From: Candidatus Euphemobacter frigidus | GTDB lineage: Bacteria; Auribacterota; Erginobacteria; Erginobacterales; Erginobacteraceae | Length of the DNA: 64,000 nt | Direction: 5' to 3' | Assembly: GCA_030765805.1 (NCBI GenBank) | Contig: JAVCDH010000003.1 | Coordinates: 5,021 to 69,020, forward strand | Part shown: positions 56,088 through 64,000 of the stretch, in pieces | Numbering within the stretch: the stretch's first letter is position 1 | Layout: each line of letters opens with the position of its first letter | Translations under genes and position numbers: made by a program | Notes under the pieces: model-generated | Told to the model about the DNA's origin: nothing | Database searches by the model: none | What the model saw: only the letters and a program-made list of their open reading frames with translations

Positions 56088-56888
56088 ATGAGCACAACAG
56101 TTCATGTTTTATTCGTCGGTGATATAGTCGGCAAGCCCGGTCGGCGCGCTTTCAGCGAGATCTATCCCCGTCTGAAGATACGGGAAAATATCCATTTCTG
56201 CGTGGTCAACGGCGAGAACGCGGCCGGCGGCTCCGGCTTGAATGAGAAGTCCGTCACCGGGCTGCTGGCGGGAGGTGCCGACGTCCTGACTTCGGGGGAC
56301 CACATCTGGCGAAACAAAGAAGTATTTTCGATCATCGGCGCGGAACGGAGATTGCTCCGCCCGGCTAACTTTCCTCCCGGAACCCCGGGAGAGGGGAGCG
56401 GCGTCTTCACAACTTCTTCCGGCCTTAAGATCGGGGTCATCAATCTATTAGGCCGGGTCTTCATGGACCCGATCGACTGTCCGTTCCGTCAATGTACCCA
56501 CGAGATCGATCTCATCTCTCGCCAGACCAACATTATCGTCATCGATTTTCACGCCGAAGCCACCTCCGAAAAAGTTGCCATGGGTTATTACTGCGATGGG
56601 CGCGTCTCCGCTCTAATCGGCACTCATACTCACATCCCGACCGCCGACGAACGAATATTAAAGAAGGGAACGGCCTATATCACCGACATCGGTATGACCG
56701 GAAGCTCCGAGTCTGTTCTGGGCCGGGAGATCGAGCCCGTATTGAAAAGATTCGTTTCCGGACTACCGGCTTATTTTAATGTCTCCGGGGATCGACCGGT
56801 TCTGCAGGGTGTAATTGTTGATATCGATACCGAGACCGGACGGGCGACGGGGATCAAACGAGTAAATGAACCATTGGTGGAGGGATAA
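56088..56888 (+). CDS. ymdB: YmdB/TIGR00282 metallophosphoesterase
   Basis: GDIVGKPGR, NGEN.AGG, DFHAEATSEK, GTHTH, TDIGMTG. Confidence 0.93.
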   Translation: MSTTVHVLFVGDIVGKPGRRAFSEIYPRLKIRENIHFCVVNGENAAGGSGLNEKSVTGLLAGGADVLTSGDHIWRNKEVFSIIGAERRLLRPANFPPGTPGEGSGVFTTSSGLKIGVINLLGRVFMDPIDCPFRQCTHEIDLISRQTNIIVIDFHAEATSEKVAMGYYCDGRVSALIGTHTHIPTADERILKKGTAYITDIGMTGSSESVLGREIEPVLKRFVSGLPAYFNVSGDRPVLQGVIVDIDTETGRATGIKRVNEPLVEG

Positions 56889-56899
56889 AAAACAAATTT

Positions 56900-58114
56900 A
56901 TGAATGAACGTCCGACGTCGAACATCTATACAGTCACCGAGATTACCGGCCGGATAAAGAAGCTTCTGGAAGTACGATTTGTCCGGGTCGGAGTGGTGGG
57001 AGAACTCTCCAACCTCCGGAGGCCGTCTTCCGGACATATCTATTTCACGATCAAGGACACCGGAAACCAGCTCTCCGCGGTTCTCTTCCGTGACGACGCG
57101 CGGCGGATCCGATTTGAGCTGCAAGATGGTCTGGAGGTAACAGCCTGGGGACGAATCAGTGTCTATCGACCGCGGGGGAACTACCAGTTGATCGTCAATC
57201 GCCTGGAACCGCGGGGAGTTGGCGCGCTCCAGCTCGCTCTGGAACAGCTCAAGATCAAACTCTCATTGGAAGGGCTCTTTGACGCCTCCCATAAAAAGCC
57301 GCTCCCCCGCTATCCCTCCCGGATCGGTGTTATTACTTCTCCGACCGGCGCCGCCCTTCGTGACATCCTGCAGGTTATCAACCGGAGGTTCGGCTCTCTC
57401 CGGGTCATTGTCAATCCGGTTCCGGTTCAGGGTGAAGGCGCCGCCGCTGAACTCGCCCGGGCGGTGGAGGAGTTCAATCAATGGAAGAACGTCGAAGTCA
57501 TCATTATAGGCCGGGGCGGGGGGAGCCTGGAGGACCTCTGGGCTTTTAACGAGGAGGAGGTCGTGCGCAGTATCTTCGCTTCCCGGATTCCGGTGATCTC
57601 CGCGGTAGGGCATGAGATAGACTGGACGCTTTCGGATCTGGTTGCCGATCTCAGAGCTCCCACTCCCTCGGCGGCCGCTGAATTGGTGGTAGCGGAAAAG
57701 AGTAAGTTGCTGGATGACGTGCGGCGTCTCCAACGACGCCTTGACCGGATCATGGAACACATGATTAACCTCTTCCGGGAGCGGGTAGAGCGAGCTTTCA
57801 GAAGCGCATCCCTCCACGATCCCCGACGGGTGCTGCGGCAGTCCCAGCAACAACTGGATGAATTGAATGCCCGGTTGGATCGTATAATCAGGCACCGTCT
57901 TCGGCTGGAACGTCAGAATATCAACGCCCTCCAGTGGAGACTAAAATCATTGAGTCCACTCTCTGTCCTCTCCCGGGGATACGGCTTTACCCGGCGGTTG
58001 AGTGATGGTAGGATAATAACATCGTCCACCATGCTGAAACCGGGCGAACTGGTAGAGACCCGGCTCAAGAAGGGGAGTTTCATCTCCGTGGTCCGTGAGA
58101 TTACTCGAAAATAA
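56900..58114 (+). CDS. xseA: Exodeoxyribonuclease VII large subunit
   Basis: SGHIYFTIKD, ITSPTGAA, RGGGSLEDLWAFN, VGHE, TPSAAAE. Confidence 0.96.
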   Translation: MNERPTSNIYTVTEITGRIKKLLEVRFVRVGVVGELSNLRRPSSGHIYFTIKDTGNQLSAVLFRDDARRIRFELQDGLEVTAWGRISVYRPRGNYQLIVNRLEPRGVGALQLALEQLKIKLSLEGLFDASHKKPLPRYPSRIGVITSPTGAALRDILQVINRRFGSLRVIVNPVPVQGEGAAAELARAVEEFNQWKNVEVIIIGRGGGSLEDLWAFNEEEVVRSIFASRIPVISAVGHEIDWTLSDLVADLRAPTPSAAAELVVAEKSKLLDDVRRLQRRLDRIMEHMINLFRERVERAFRSASLHDPRRVLRQSQQQLDELNARLDRIIRHRLRLERQNINALQWRLKSLSPLSVLSRGYGFTRRLSDGRIITSSTMLKPGELVETRLKKGSFISVVREITRK

Positions 58115-58158
58115 TCTTATTTAGCGTGAAGCGCTCAATTCTTGGAGGAAAAAATCTT

Positions 58159-58431
58159 ATGTCAGAGATAAAGTTCGATCAGTCGCTCAAGCAATTGGAA
58201 AAACTGGTGGAGGAGATGGAGGAGGAAGAGATGCCGCTGGAAAAAAGCTTGCGGAAATATGAAGAAGGTATCGGGCTGGCTCGGTCCTGCCTGGAGAAAC
58301 TTAATCAGGCGGAGAAAAGGATTGAGATATTGAAGAAGCCGGCCGGGGCGTCCCCGGAGACGAGGCCGTTGGAAGTAGATCTGGGCCCGGATAACGAAGA
58401 GATGGATCGGGAAGAGACTCTCCGTGAGTAA
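58159..58431 (+). CDS. xseB: Exodeoxyribonuclease VII small subunit
   Basis: F...L..LE.LV..ME....LE.SL..YEEG..L...C...L..AE; ATG 58159 after GGAGG. Confidence 0.92.
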   Translation: MSEIKFDQSLKQLEKLVEEMEEEEMPLEKSLRKYEEGIGLARSCLEKLNQAEKRIEILKKPAGASPETRPLEVDLGPDNEEMDREETLRE

Positions 58432-60334
58432 TTACCTGAAAAAAATCAACAGCCCGGCCGACTTGAAGAGACTCAGCGTGGCAGAGCTTTCACTCCTGGC
58501 GGAGGAGATCCGGGAAGAAATCATCCGGGTAGTCTCGCGAACAGGAGGTCACCTGGCATCCAGCCTCGGGGTGGTGGAACTCACACTCGCCATGTATTAC
58601 GTCTTCGATCTCCCCCATGATAAGGTGATCTGGGATGTCGGCCACCAGGCGTACGCCCATAAAATACTGACCGGACGACGGGAAGGGTTCTCCACCCTCC
58701 GTCAATACGGGGGGTTGAGCGGGTTTCCGAAGATAGAGGAGAGCCCCTATGACTTTTTCGGAACCGGGCACGCTAGCACCTCTCTCTCAGCGATGCTGGG
58801 TATGGCCGTGGCCCGGGACCATGAGGGAAGACATGAGAAGATCATCGCCTGCATCGGTGATGGTTCCCTGACCGGAGGGTTGGCCCTGGAAGCCTTGAAT
58901 CAAAGAGCCAACGTCGCCGGAAATATCCTAGTGGTCTTGAACGCCAATGAGATGGCTATCTCCCCCAGTGTAGGTGAACTCTCCCACCATTTAAACCGGC
59001 TGATCTCGGCCCCCGCGTACAACCGTCTGAAACACGAGATCGAGCTGGCGATACGGAAGATCCCATCTATCGGACTTCGGATGGTGGATGTCACCCACCG
59101 GCTGGAGGACGCGCTGAAACATCTGATCACACCAGGGGGCATATTTGAAGACTTCGGGTACCGCTACTTCGGGCCGGTTGACGGCCATAACCTGGGATCC
59201 CTGATTAAAATATTTAATAATATTAAAAACATGGATGATCCTATCCTGCTCCATGTTTTGACCAAGAAGGGAAAAGGCTATCCCCCGGCCGAGAAAAACC
59301 CCGAGGGCTTTCACGGTCCGGGTGCGTTTGACATCAAGACCGGGGAAGCCCTCAGTCCTAAGAAGACGCTCTCTTATTCCCAGGTCTTTGGGAAAGCTCT
59401 GATTTCGCTGGCGGAGAAAAACCGGAAGATAGTCGCTGTCACCGCGGCGATGGCCTCCGGGACCGGACTGGTGCCCTTCGCAAAACGCTTTCCCAATCGT
59501 TTTTTTGATGTCGGGATCGCGGAAGGACACGCGCTAACCTTCTCGGCGGGGATGGCGGCTCTTGGTCTGAAACCGGTCGCAGCCATCTACTCCACATTCC
59601 TGCAACGTGGGTTCGATCAGATCGTTCACGATATCTGTCTCCAGAACCTGCCGGTGGTGATGGCGGTTGACCGGGCTGGCCTGGTGGGGGAAGATGGCCC
59701 CACCCATCATGGCGTTTTTGATATCGGGTTTCTCCGGATCATACCCAATATAATCATCATGCAGCCGAAAGATGGACGGGAGTTGCCGGCCCTGTTGGCC
59801 ACGGCGCTCTCTCATCCCGGCCCTTCCGTTCTCCGTTACCCCCGGGGGGAGACCGGATTACACTGGGTGAAGCCTTCCTTCTCCCCGATCCCGGTGGGGC
59901 GCGCCGAGATCATCCGCAAAGGTTCTAACGGCGTTATCTGGGCAATCGGGGAGATGGTCGGAACCGCCGCCCAGGCGGCGGAACTGCTTCAAGCCCGGGG
60001 GTTGGATTTCGGAGTAGTTAACGCGCGATTCATCAAGCCACTCGACCACGAACTGTTGTTGGAAGCCGGCCGGCAAGGGAAGATGATTGTAACCCTGGCT
60101 GAGCATGCCCTGTCCGGCGGCTTCGGCACGGCGATCTGGGAATGCCTGGATGAGGCCGGGTTGGGGGGCCTCCAGATCCTCCGCCTGGGAATCCCCGATC
60201 AATTTATTCAGCATGGACCGATCCCGCGATTGCGGCAGGACTGCGGCCTTACCCCGGAGATTATAGCGAAACAAGTGGAGGAACGTTTTATCCTTGAAAA
60301 AAGTGAAGATGCGGCTGGATTTACTCCTGGTTGA
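58424..60334 (+). CDS. dxs: 1-deoxy-D-xylulose-5-phosphate synthase
   Basis: GGHLASSLGVVEL, WDVGHQAY, GDGS, GPVDGH, DVGIAE, YSTFLQR, DGPTHHG. Confidence 0.97.
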   Translation: MSNYLKKINSPADLKRLSVAELSLLAEEIREEIIRVVSRTGGHLASSLGVVELTLAMYYVFDLPHDKVIWDVGHQAYAHKILTGRREGFSTLRQYGGLSGFPKIEESPYDFFGTGHASTSLSAMLGMAVARDHEGRHEKIIACIGDGSLTGGLALEALNQRANVAGNILVVLNANEMAISPSVGELSHHLNRLISAPAYNRLKHEIELAIRKIPSIGLRMVDVTHRLEDALKHLITPGGIFEDFGYRYFGPVDGHNLGSLIKIFNNIKNMDDPILLHVLTKKGKGYPPAEKNPEGFHGPGAFDIKTGEALSPKKTLSYSQVFGKALISLAEKNRKIVAVTAAMASGTGLVPFAKRFPNRFFDVGIAEGHALTFSAGMAALGLKPVAAIYSTFLQRGFDQIVHDICLQNLPVVMAVDRAGLVGEDGPTHHGVFDIGFLRIIPNIIIMQPKDGRELPALLATALSHPGPSVLRYPRGETGLHWVKPSFSPIPVGRAEIIRKGSNGVIWAIGEMVGTAAQAAELLQARGLDFGVVNARFIKPLDHELLLEAGRQGKMIVTLAEHALSGGFGTAIWECLDEAGLGGLQILRLGIPDQFIQHGPIPRLRQDCGLTPEIIAKQVEERFILEKSEDAAGFTPG

Positions 60335-61091
60335 TCAAGGTTATGCGGTCAGTCTGGAGCAGGCCCAACGGAGCATTCGGGCGGGGTGGGTCTTTGTTGA
60401 TGATCGTCGGGTCGATAAACCGGGGCGGGAGGTCCCGGTGGACGCCGTCATCCGGGTTAAAGAAAAACCCCGATATGTCGGGCGGGGAGGGGAGAAGCTG
60501 AAGGGAGCTCTCGATGCCTTCGGCCTGGAAGTCGCGGGAAAAGTAATCCTGGATATAGGTGCGTCGACCGGCGGCTTTACCGATTGCGTCCTGCAGGCGG
60601 GGGCCCGGCGTGTCTATAGCCTGGACGTCGGTAAAGGACAACTGGCCTGGAAGCTCAGGCAAGATCCCCGGGTAATTGTGAAAGAGGGGATGAATGCCCG
60701 GTATCTGACCGGGGACGATCTCCCGGAAACACCGGATATAATCACCGTTGACGTTTCTTTTATCTCTCTGACCAAAATACTGCCGGCCTGCGGCAATCTG
60801 CTGAAAACGAACGGTCTCATCCTAGCTTTAATCAAGCCTCAGTTTGAAGCCGGACGGAATGAGGTCAAGCGGGGAGGATTAGTCCGTGACTCCGAGGTTC
60901 ACCGAAGGGTGATTGAAGAGATAAAAGATTTTTCCGCCCGAATCGGGTTGAGGGCTGAGGGTATCTCTCAATCGGTTCTAATCGGCCCGGCTGGCAACAA
61001 AGAGTTTTTTGTGCTATTTAATAAAGTAACGACCCCCGATAAACCCCGATTAAGGCCTCGGGGCGGGGACGGGGTAAACTTCGGGAGTTAA
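60294..61091 (+). CDS. tlyA: TlyA-family rRNA 2'-O-methyltransferase
   Basis: S4 domain, YVGRGGEKL, DIGASTGGFTD, DVSFISL, KPQFE, GNKEF. Confidence 0.94.
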   Translation: MKKVKMRLDLLLVDQGYAVSLEQAQRSIRAGWVFVDDRRVDKPGREVPVDAVIRVKEKPRYVGRGGEKLKGALDAFGLEVAGKVILDIGASTGGFTDCVLQAGARRVYSLDVGKGQLAWKLRQDPRVIVKEGMNARYLTGDDLPETPDIITVDVSFISLTKILPACGNLLKTNGLILALIKPQFEAGRNEVKRGGLVRDSEVHRRVIEEIKDFSARIGLRAEGISQSVLIGPAGNKEFFVLFNKVTTPDKPRLRPRGGDGVNFGS

Positions 61092-61099
61092 TTTATAAA

Positions 61100-61987
61100 A
61101 TGAAGACGATGGGAATAATAGCCAACCTGGACAAGCGAAACGCCCGGCGGCAGGCTAAAAAGATCGGCGCCTGGTTGAAGGACCGGGGAGTGGACGTCCG
61201 TTTCGAGAAGGAACTGGCAGCCGTCCTTCATCGTGAAGACGCCGCCTTCTCTCTGGAGGAGATCGACCGGGCGACAGATGCCCTGGTAATACTGGGCGGG
61301 GACGGGACTATGATCCGGGCCTACCGTCAATTAAACCGCAAGAAGATCCCCTTGCTGGGGATAAACCTGGGGGGACTGGGTTTTCTGACTGAAGTCCGCC
61401 TCAATGATGCGGACCGGGCCCTGGAGGATCTGCTTCGGGATAAGTTAATTGTGCAGAAGAGAAATACGCTGGATGGCTTCTGCCGGCGGAAAGGGAAGGA
61501 TACCAAGACCTTTACCGCGATCAATGATATAGTCATCGGGAAAGGCGGCCTGGCCAGAGTTATTCACATGGAAGCGTTTGTGGATGACGACTATCTGACC
61601 TCCTATATGGCGGACGGGATCATTGTGGCTACCCCGACCGGATCGACCGCATATTCTCTCTCCGCTCAGGGACCGATCATCAGCCCGGAAACGGACGCCT
61701 TTCTGCTGAACCCGATCTGCCCCCATACCCTGACCAATCGACCAATTATTTTCGGAGGACGCCGGATCATCCGGATTAAGATAATGACCACACCGGATGG
61801 GACTTATCTGACCGTCGATGGCCAGATCGGCTTCCCGCTCCAGTCGGGAGACGAGGTGGTTGTCCAAAAGGGGAGGAGACAGCTCCATCTGCTGACCGCC
61901 CCCGGTTTTAGTTATTACGGGATTCTCCGAAGTAAGCTGAACTGGGGAGGGCGTTCCCATTACCGTCTAACCAAGAAGAAGAAATAG
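61100..61987 (+). CDS. nadK: NAD(+) kinase
   Basis: LGGDGT, GINLGGLGFL, ND, TPTGSTAYSLSA.GP, DGQ. Confidence 0.95.
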   Translation: MKTMGIIANLDKRNARRQAKKIGAWLKDRGVDVRFEKELAAVLHREDAAFSLEEIDRATDALVILGGDGTMIRAYRQLNRKKIPLLGINLGGLGFLTEVRLNDADRALEDLLRDKLIVQKRNTLDGFCRRKGKDTKTFTAINDIVIGKGGLARVIHMEAFVDDDYLTSYMADGIIVATPTGSTAYSLSAQGPIISPETDAFLLNPICPHTLTNRPIIFGGRRIIRIKIMTTPDGTYLTVDGQIGFPLQSGDEVVVQKGRRQLHLLTAPGFSYYGILRSKLNWGGRSHYRLTKKKK

Positions 61988-62080
61988 TTACCCCGGATTA
62001 TTCGCGAATTTACGAATAATTCAGGTTGAAATCTCTCCGGGAGCGTTATAGAGTGCTAACTTCCTAAAAAAAGATTGCCC

Positions 62081-62129
62081 GTAGCCCGATTTATTCCTGT
62101 CTGTCGACAGGCAGGCATAAATCGGGCTA
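62081..62129. repeat. Nested palindromic REP-like element
   Basis: GTAGCCCGATTTAT...ATAAATCGGGCTA enclosing CCTGTCTGTCGACAGGCAGG. Confidence 0.6.
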
Positions 62130-62139
62130 GTTTTGAACA

Positions 62140-62343
62140 ATGCCGAAGATATTTATAGATCAGGACCGTTGTAAGGGTTGCGCCTTATGTGTTGAAGTTT
62201 GTCCGAAGGATATAATCTCCATCGGGGAACGGATAAATAAATACGGCGCCTACCCAGCCTACAGCGCCCGGCCGGATGAATGTACCGGATGCGGACTCTG
62301 CGTCACCATCTGCCCCGATGTGGCGATCACCATATATAAATAA
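62140..62343 (+). CDS. 2[4Fe-4S] ferredoxin subunit of 2-oxoacid oxidoreductase
   Basis: CKGCALCVEVCP and CTGCGLCVTICP. Confidence 0.93.
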   Translation: MPKIFIDQDRCKGCALCVEVCPKDIISIGERINKYGAYPAYSARPDECTGCGLCVTICPDVAITIYK

Positions 62344-62344
62344 T

Positions 62345-63415
62345 ATGAAGAAGAAAGAAAAAGCCGAACCGATTCTTATCTGCGGGAATGAGGCCGTCGG
62401 AGAGGCGGCGATCCAGGCCGGCTGCCGGGCGTACTTCGGTTATCCGATCACTCCCCAGAATGAGCTGACGGCATATATGGCCGCGCGAATGCCGGAGGAG
62501 GGCCGGGTCTTTATCCAGTCCGAAAGTGAGCTGGCGGCGATCAACATGGTCTTCGGCGCGTCCGCGTTGGGGGTCAGGGCGATGACCTCTTCTTCGAGCC
62601 CCGGGATCAGTCTCAAACAAGAAGGCATCTCCTATCTGGCCGGCTGCGAACTGCCGGCGGTGATCGTTAACATGTCCCGGGGAGGGCCGGGGCTGGGGAA
62701 CATCGGTCCGTCCCAGTCAGACTACTTCCAGGCGACCCGGGGTGGGGGACATGGTGATTACCGGACCCCGGTCCTGGCCGGAGCCTCAGTCCAGGAACTT
62801 GCCGATACAACCTTCCTGGCCTTTAACCTGGCCGACCGGTACCGGACACCGGTTCTTATTCTGGGTGACGGTATTCTCGGGCAGATGATGGAGCCGGTCT
62901 CTATCACCCATCCGGAGCCGACAGACCTTCCTCAAAAAGATTGGATCCTCGGTGGCGCCAGCGGGCGCTCTCCCCGGGTGATAAAATCCCTTTTTTTAAA
63001 GCCGGGGGCTCTTGATGCCCACAACCGGAAGCTGCAGGGCCGTTATCGGACCATTCAGGAGAAGGAAGTTAGATATGAAGACTTTATGACCTCTGACGCG
63101 ACTCTGATCCTGGTAGCCTACGGGATCACCGCCCGGCTCTGCCGGGAGGTGATCAAAAATCTCCGGCAAGAAGGGTATGCTGTTGGCCTTCTCCGGCCGA
63201 TCACGCTCTGGCCGTTTCCAACGAAAAAAATCAAGGAATTAGCCCGAACGTCATCGACATTCTTGACAGTTGAGATGAATTACGGCCAGATGGTGGAGGA
63301 CGTTCGTCTATCGGTCAACGGAAACTGTCCGGTTGAGTTCTTCGGCTACGGTGGAGGAGAAATCCTGACGGTCGAAGAGATCGAAGAGGCCGCCCGAAAA
63401 TATATTTTATCATGA
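62345..63415 (+). CDS. 2-oxoacid:ferredoxin oxidoreductase alpha subunit (VorB-type)
   Basis: [50 protein letters not shown]. Start ATG 62345. Confidence 0.93.
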   Translation: MKKKEKAEPILICGNEAVGEAAIQAGCRAYFGYPITPQNELTAYMAARMPEEGRVFIQSESELAAINMVFGASALGVRAMTSSSSPGISLKQEGISYLAGCELPAVIVNMSRGGPGLGNIGPSQSDYFQATRGGGHGDYRTPVLAGASVQELADTTFLAFNLADRYRTPVLILGDGILGQMMEPVSITHPEPTDLPQKDWILGGASGRSPRVIKSLFLKPGALDAHNRKLQGRYRTIQEKEVRYEDFMTSDATLILVAYGITARLCREVIKNLRQEGYAVGLLRPITLWPFPTKKIKELARTSSTFLTVEMNYGQMVEDVRLSVNGNCPVEFFGYGGGEILTVEEIEEAARKYILS

Positions 63416-64000
63416 AAGAGAATAACCGGGAAACGATCTACCGGCGCCCCGAGAGCCTGCGGGATGTTCCCACCCATTACTGTGCCGGGTGCGGACACGG
63501 AACGGTCCATCGTCTTATCGCCGAGGTAATCGATGAACTGGGAATCAGGGAACGGACAGTGGGAATCGCCCCGGTCGGGTGCGCTGTCTTAGCGTACGAT
63601 TACTTCAACTTTGATGTTACTGAAGCCGCGCACGGACGTCCGCCGGCGGTAGCAACCGGGATGAAGCGGGTCCGCCCGGACTTAATCATATTTACCTATC
63701 AGGGAGACGGAGACCTGGCCGCGATCGGGACCGCGGAGATTATTCACGCCGCCAACCGGGGTGAGAAGATAACGGTTATCTTTGTCAATAACGGAATCTA
63801 CGGGATGACCGGGGGGCAGATGGCCCCAACGACCTTGATCGATCAGGAGACCGCCACTACTCCAGGGGGGAGGAGTTTCCAGGAGGCCGGACCTCCCCTC
63901 AAGGTCTGCGAGATGATGGCTCCCCTTGATGGAACCGTCTTTATCGCCCGGGGGGCACTCGATACACCGGCCAATATTATCAAGGTCAAGCAATACATTA
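63412..64000 (+). CDS. 2-oxoacid:ferredoxin oxidoreductase beta (TPP-binding) subunit, runs off window end
   Basis: Not in track. [44 protein letters not shown]. Confidence 0.92.
   Translation, partial: MKENNRETIYRRPESLRDVPTHYCAGCGHGTVHRLIAEVIDELGIRERTVGIAPVGCAVLAYDYFNFDVTEAAHGRPPAVATGMKRVRPDLIIFTYQGDGDLAAIGTAEIIHAANRGEKITVIFVNNGIYGMTGGQMAPTTLIDQETATTPGGRSFQEAGPPLKVCEMMAPLDGTVFIARGALDTPANIIKVKQYI

Overview
Bacterial chromosomal window, probably from an anaerobe (2-oxoacid:ferredoxin oxidoreductase, RNase Y, YmdB, tRNAs without encoded CCA). The lineage cannot be fixed from sequence alone. Bases 1-33507 are entirely minus-strand and hold an unusually large gas-vesicle (gvp) locus that runs off the left edge. 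Recognisable components are gvpA, gvpJ, gvpK, 2x gvpN, gvpO, 2x gvpG, 4x gvpF/L, 2x Hsp20/GvpH-like and a GvpV-like gene. Interleaved are non-standard components: a GvpC-position protein with an 18-aa repeat plus a paralog, three six-motif DnaJ-type zinc-finger proteins, a GvpF/L-J-domain fusion, three paralogous Cys-bearing winged helices, a Cdc48/p97 ATPase, a tandem ArsA/Get3 ATPase, a TPR protein, zinc ribbons and an unannotated AbrB-type mini-gene. The structural operon sits behind a consensus sigma54 promoter. Upstream lie an NtrC-type activator, two histidine kinases, receiver proteins, an orphan solute-binding protein and a sigma54-derived protein that appears to lack the core-binding domain and is fused to a GIY-YIG nuclease domain. 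The middle has amidase, adenosine deaminase, a YhaO/YhaN (SbcD/SbcC-like) pair frameshifted at a C11 run, tRNA-Pro, a PaeR7I-family RM system, a PQQ-repeat lipoprotein, a poly-proline peptide and tRNA-Val. The right third is housekeeping (thrS-infC-rpmI-rplT-pheST, rarA, 5-formyl-THF cyclo-ligase, rny, ymdB, xseAB, dxs, tlyA, nadK, oxidoreductase subunits), with a ~290-nt structured intergenic element after pheT. All family assignments come from motif reading by eye; no searches were run.
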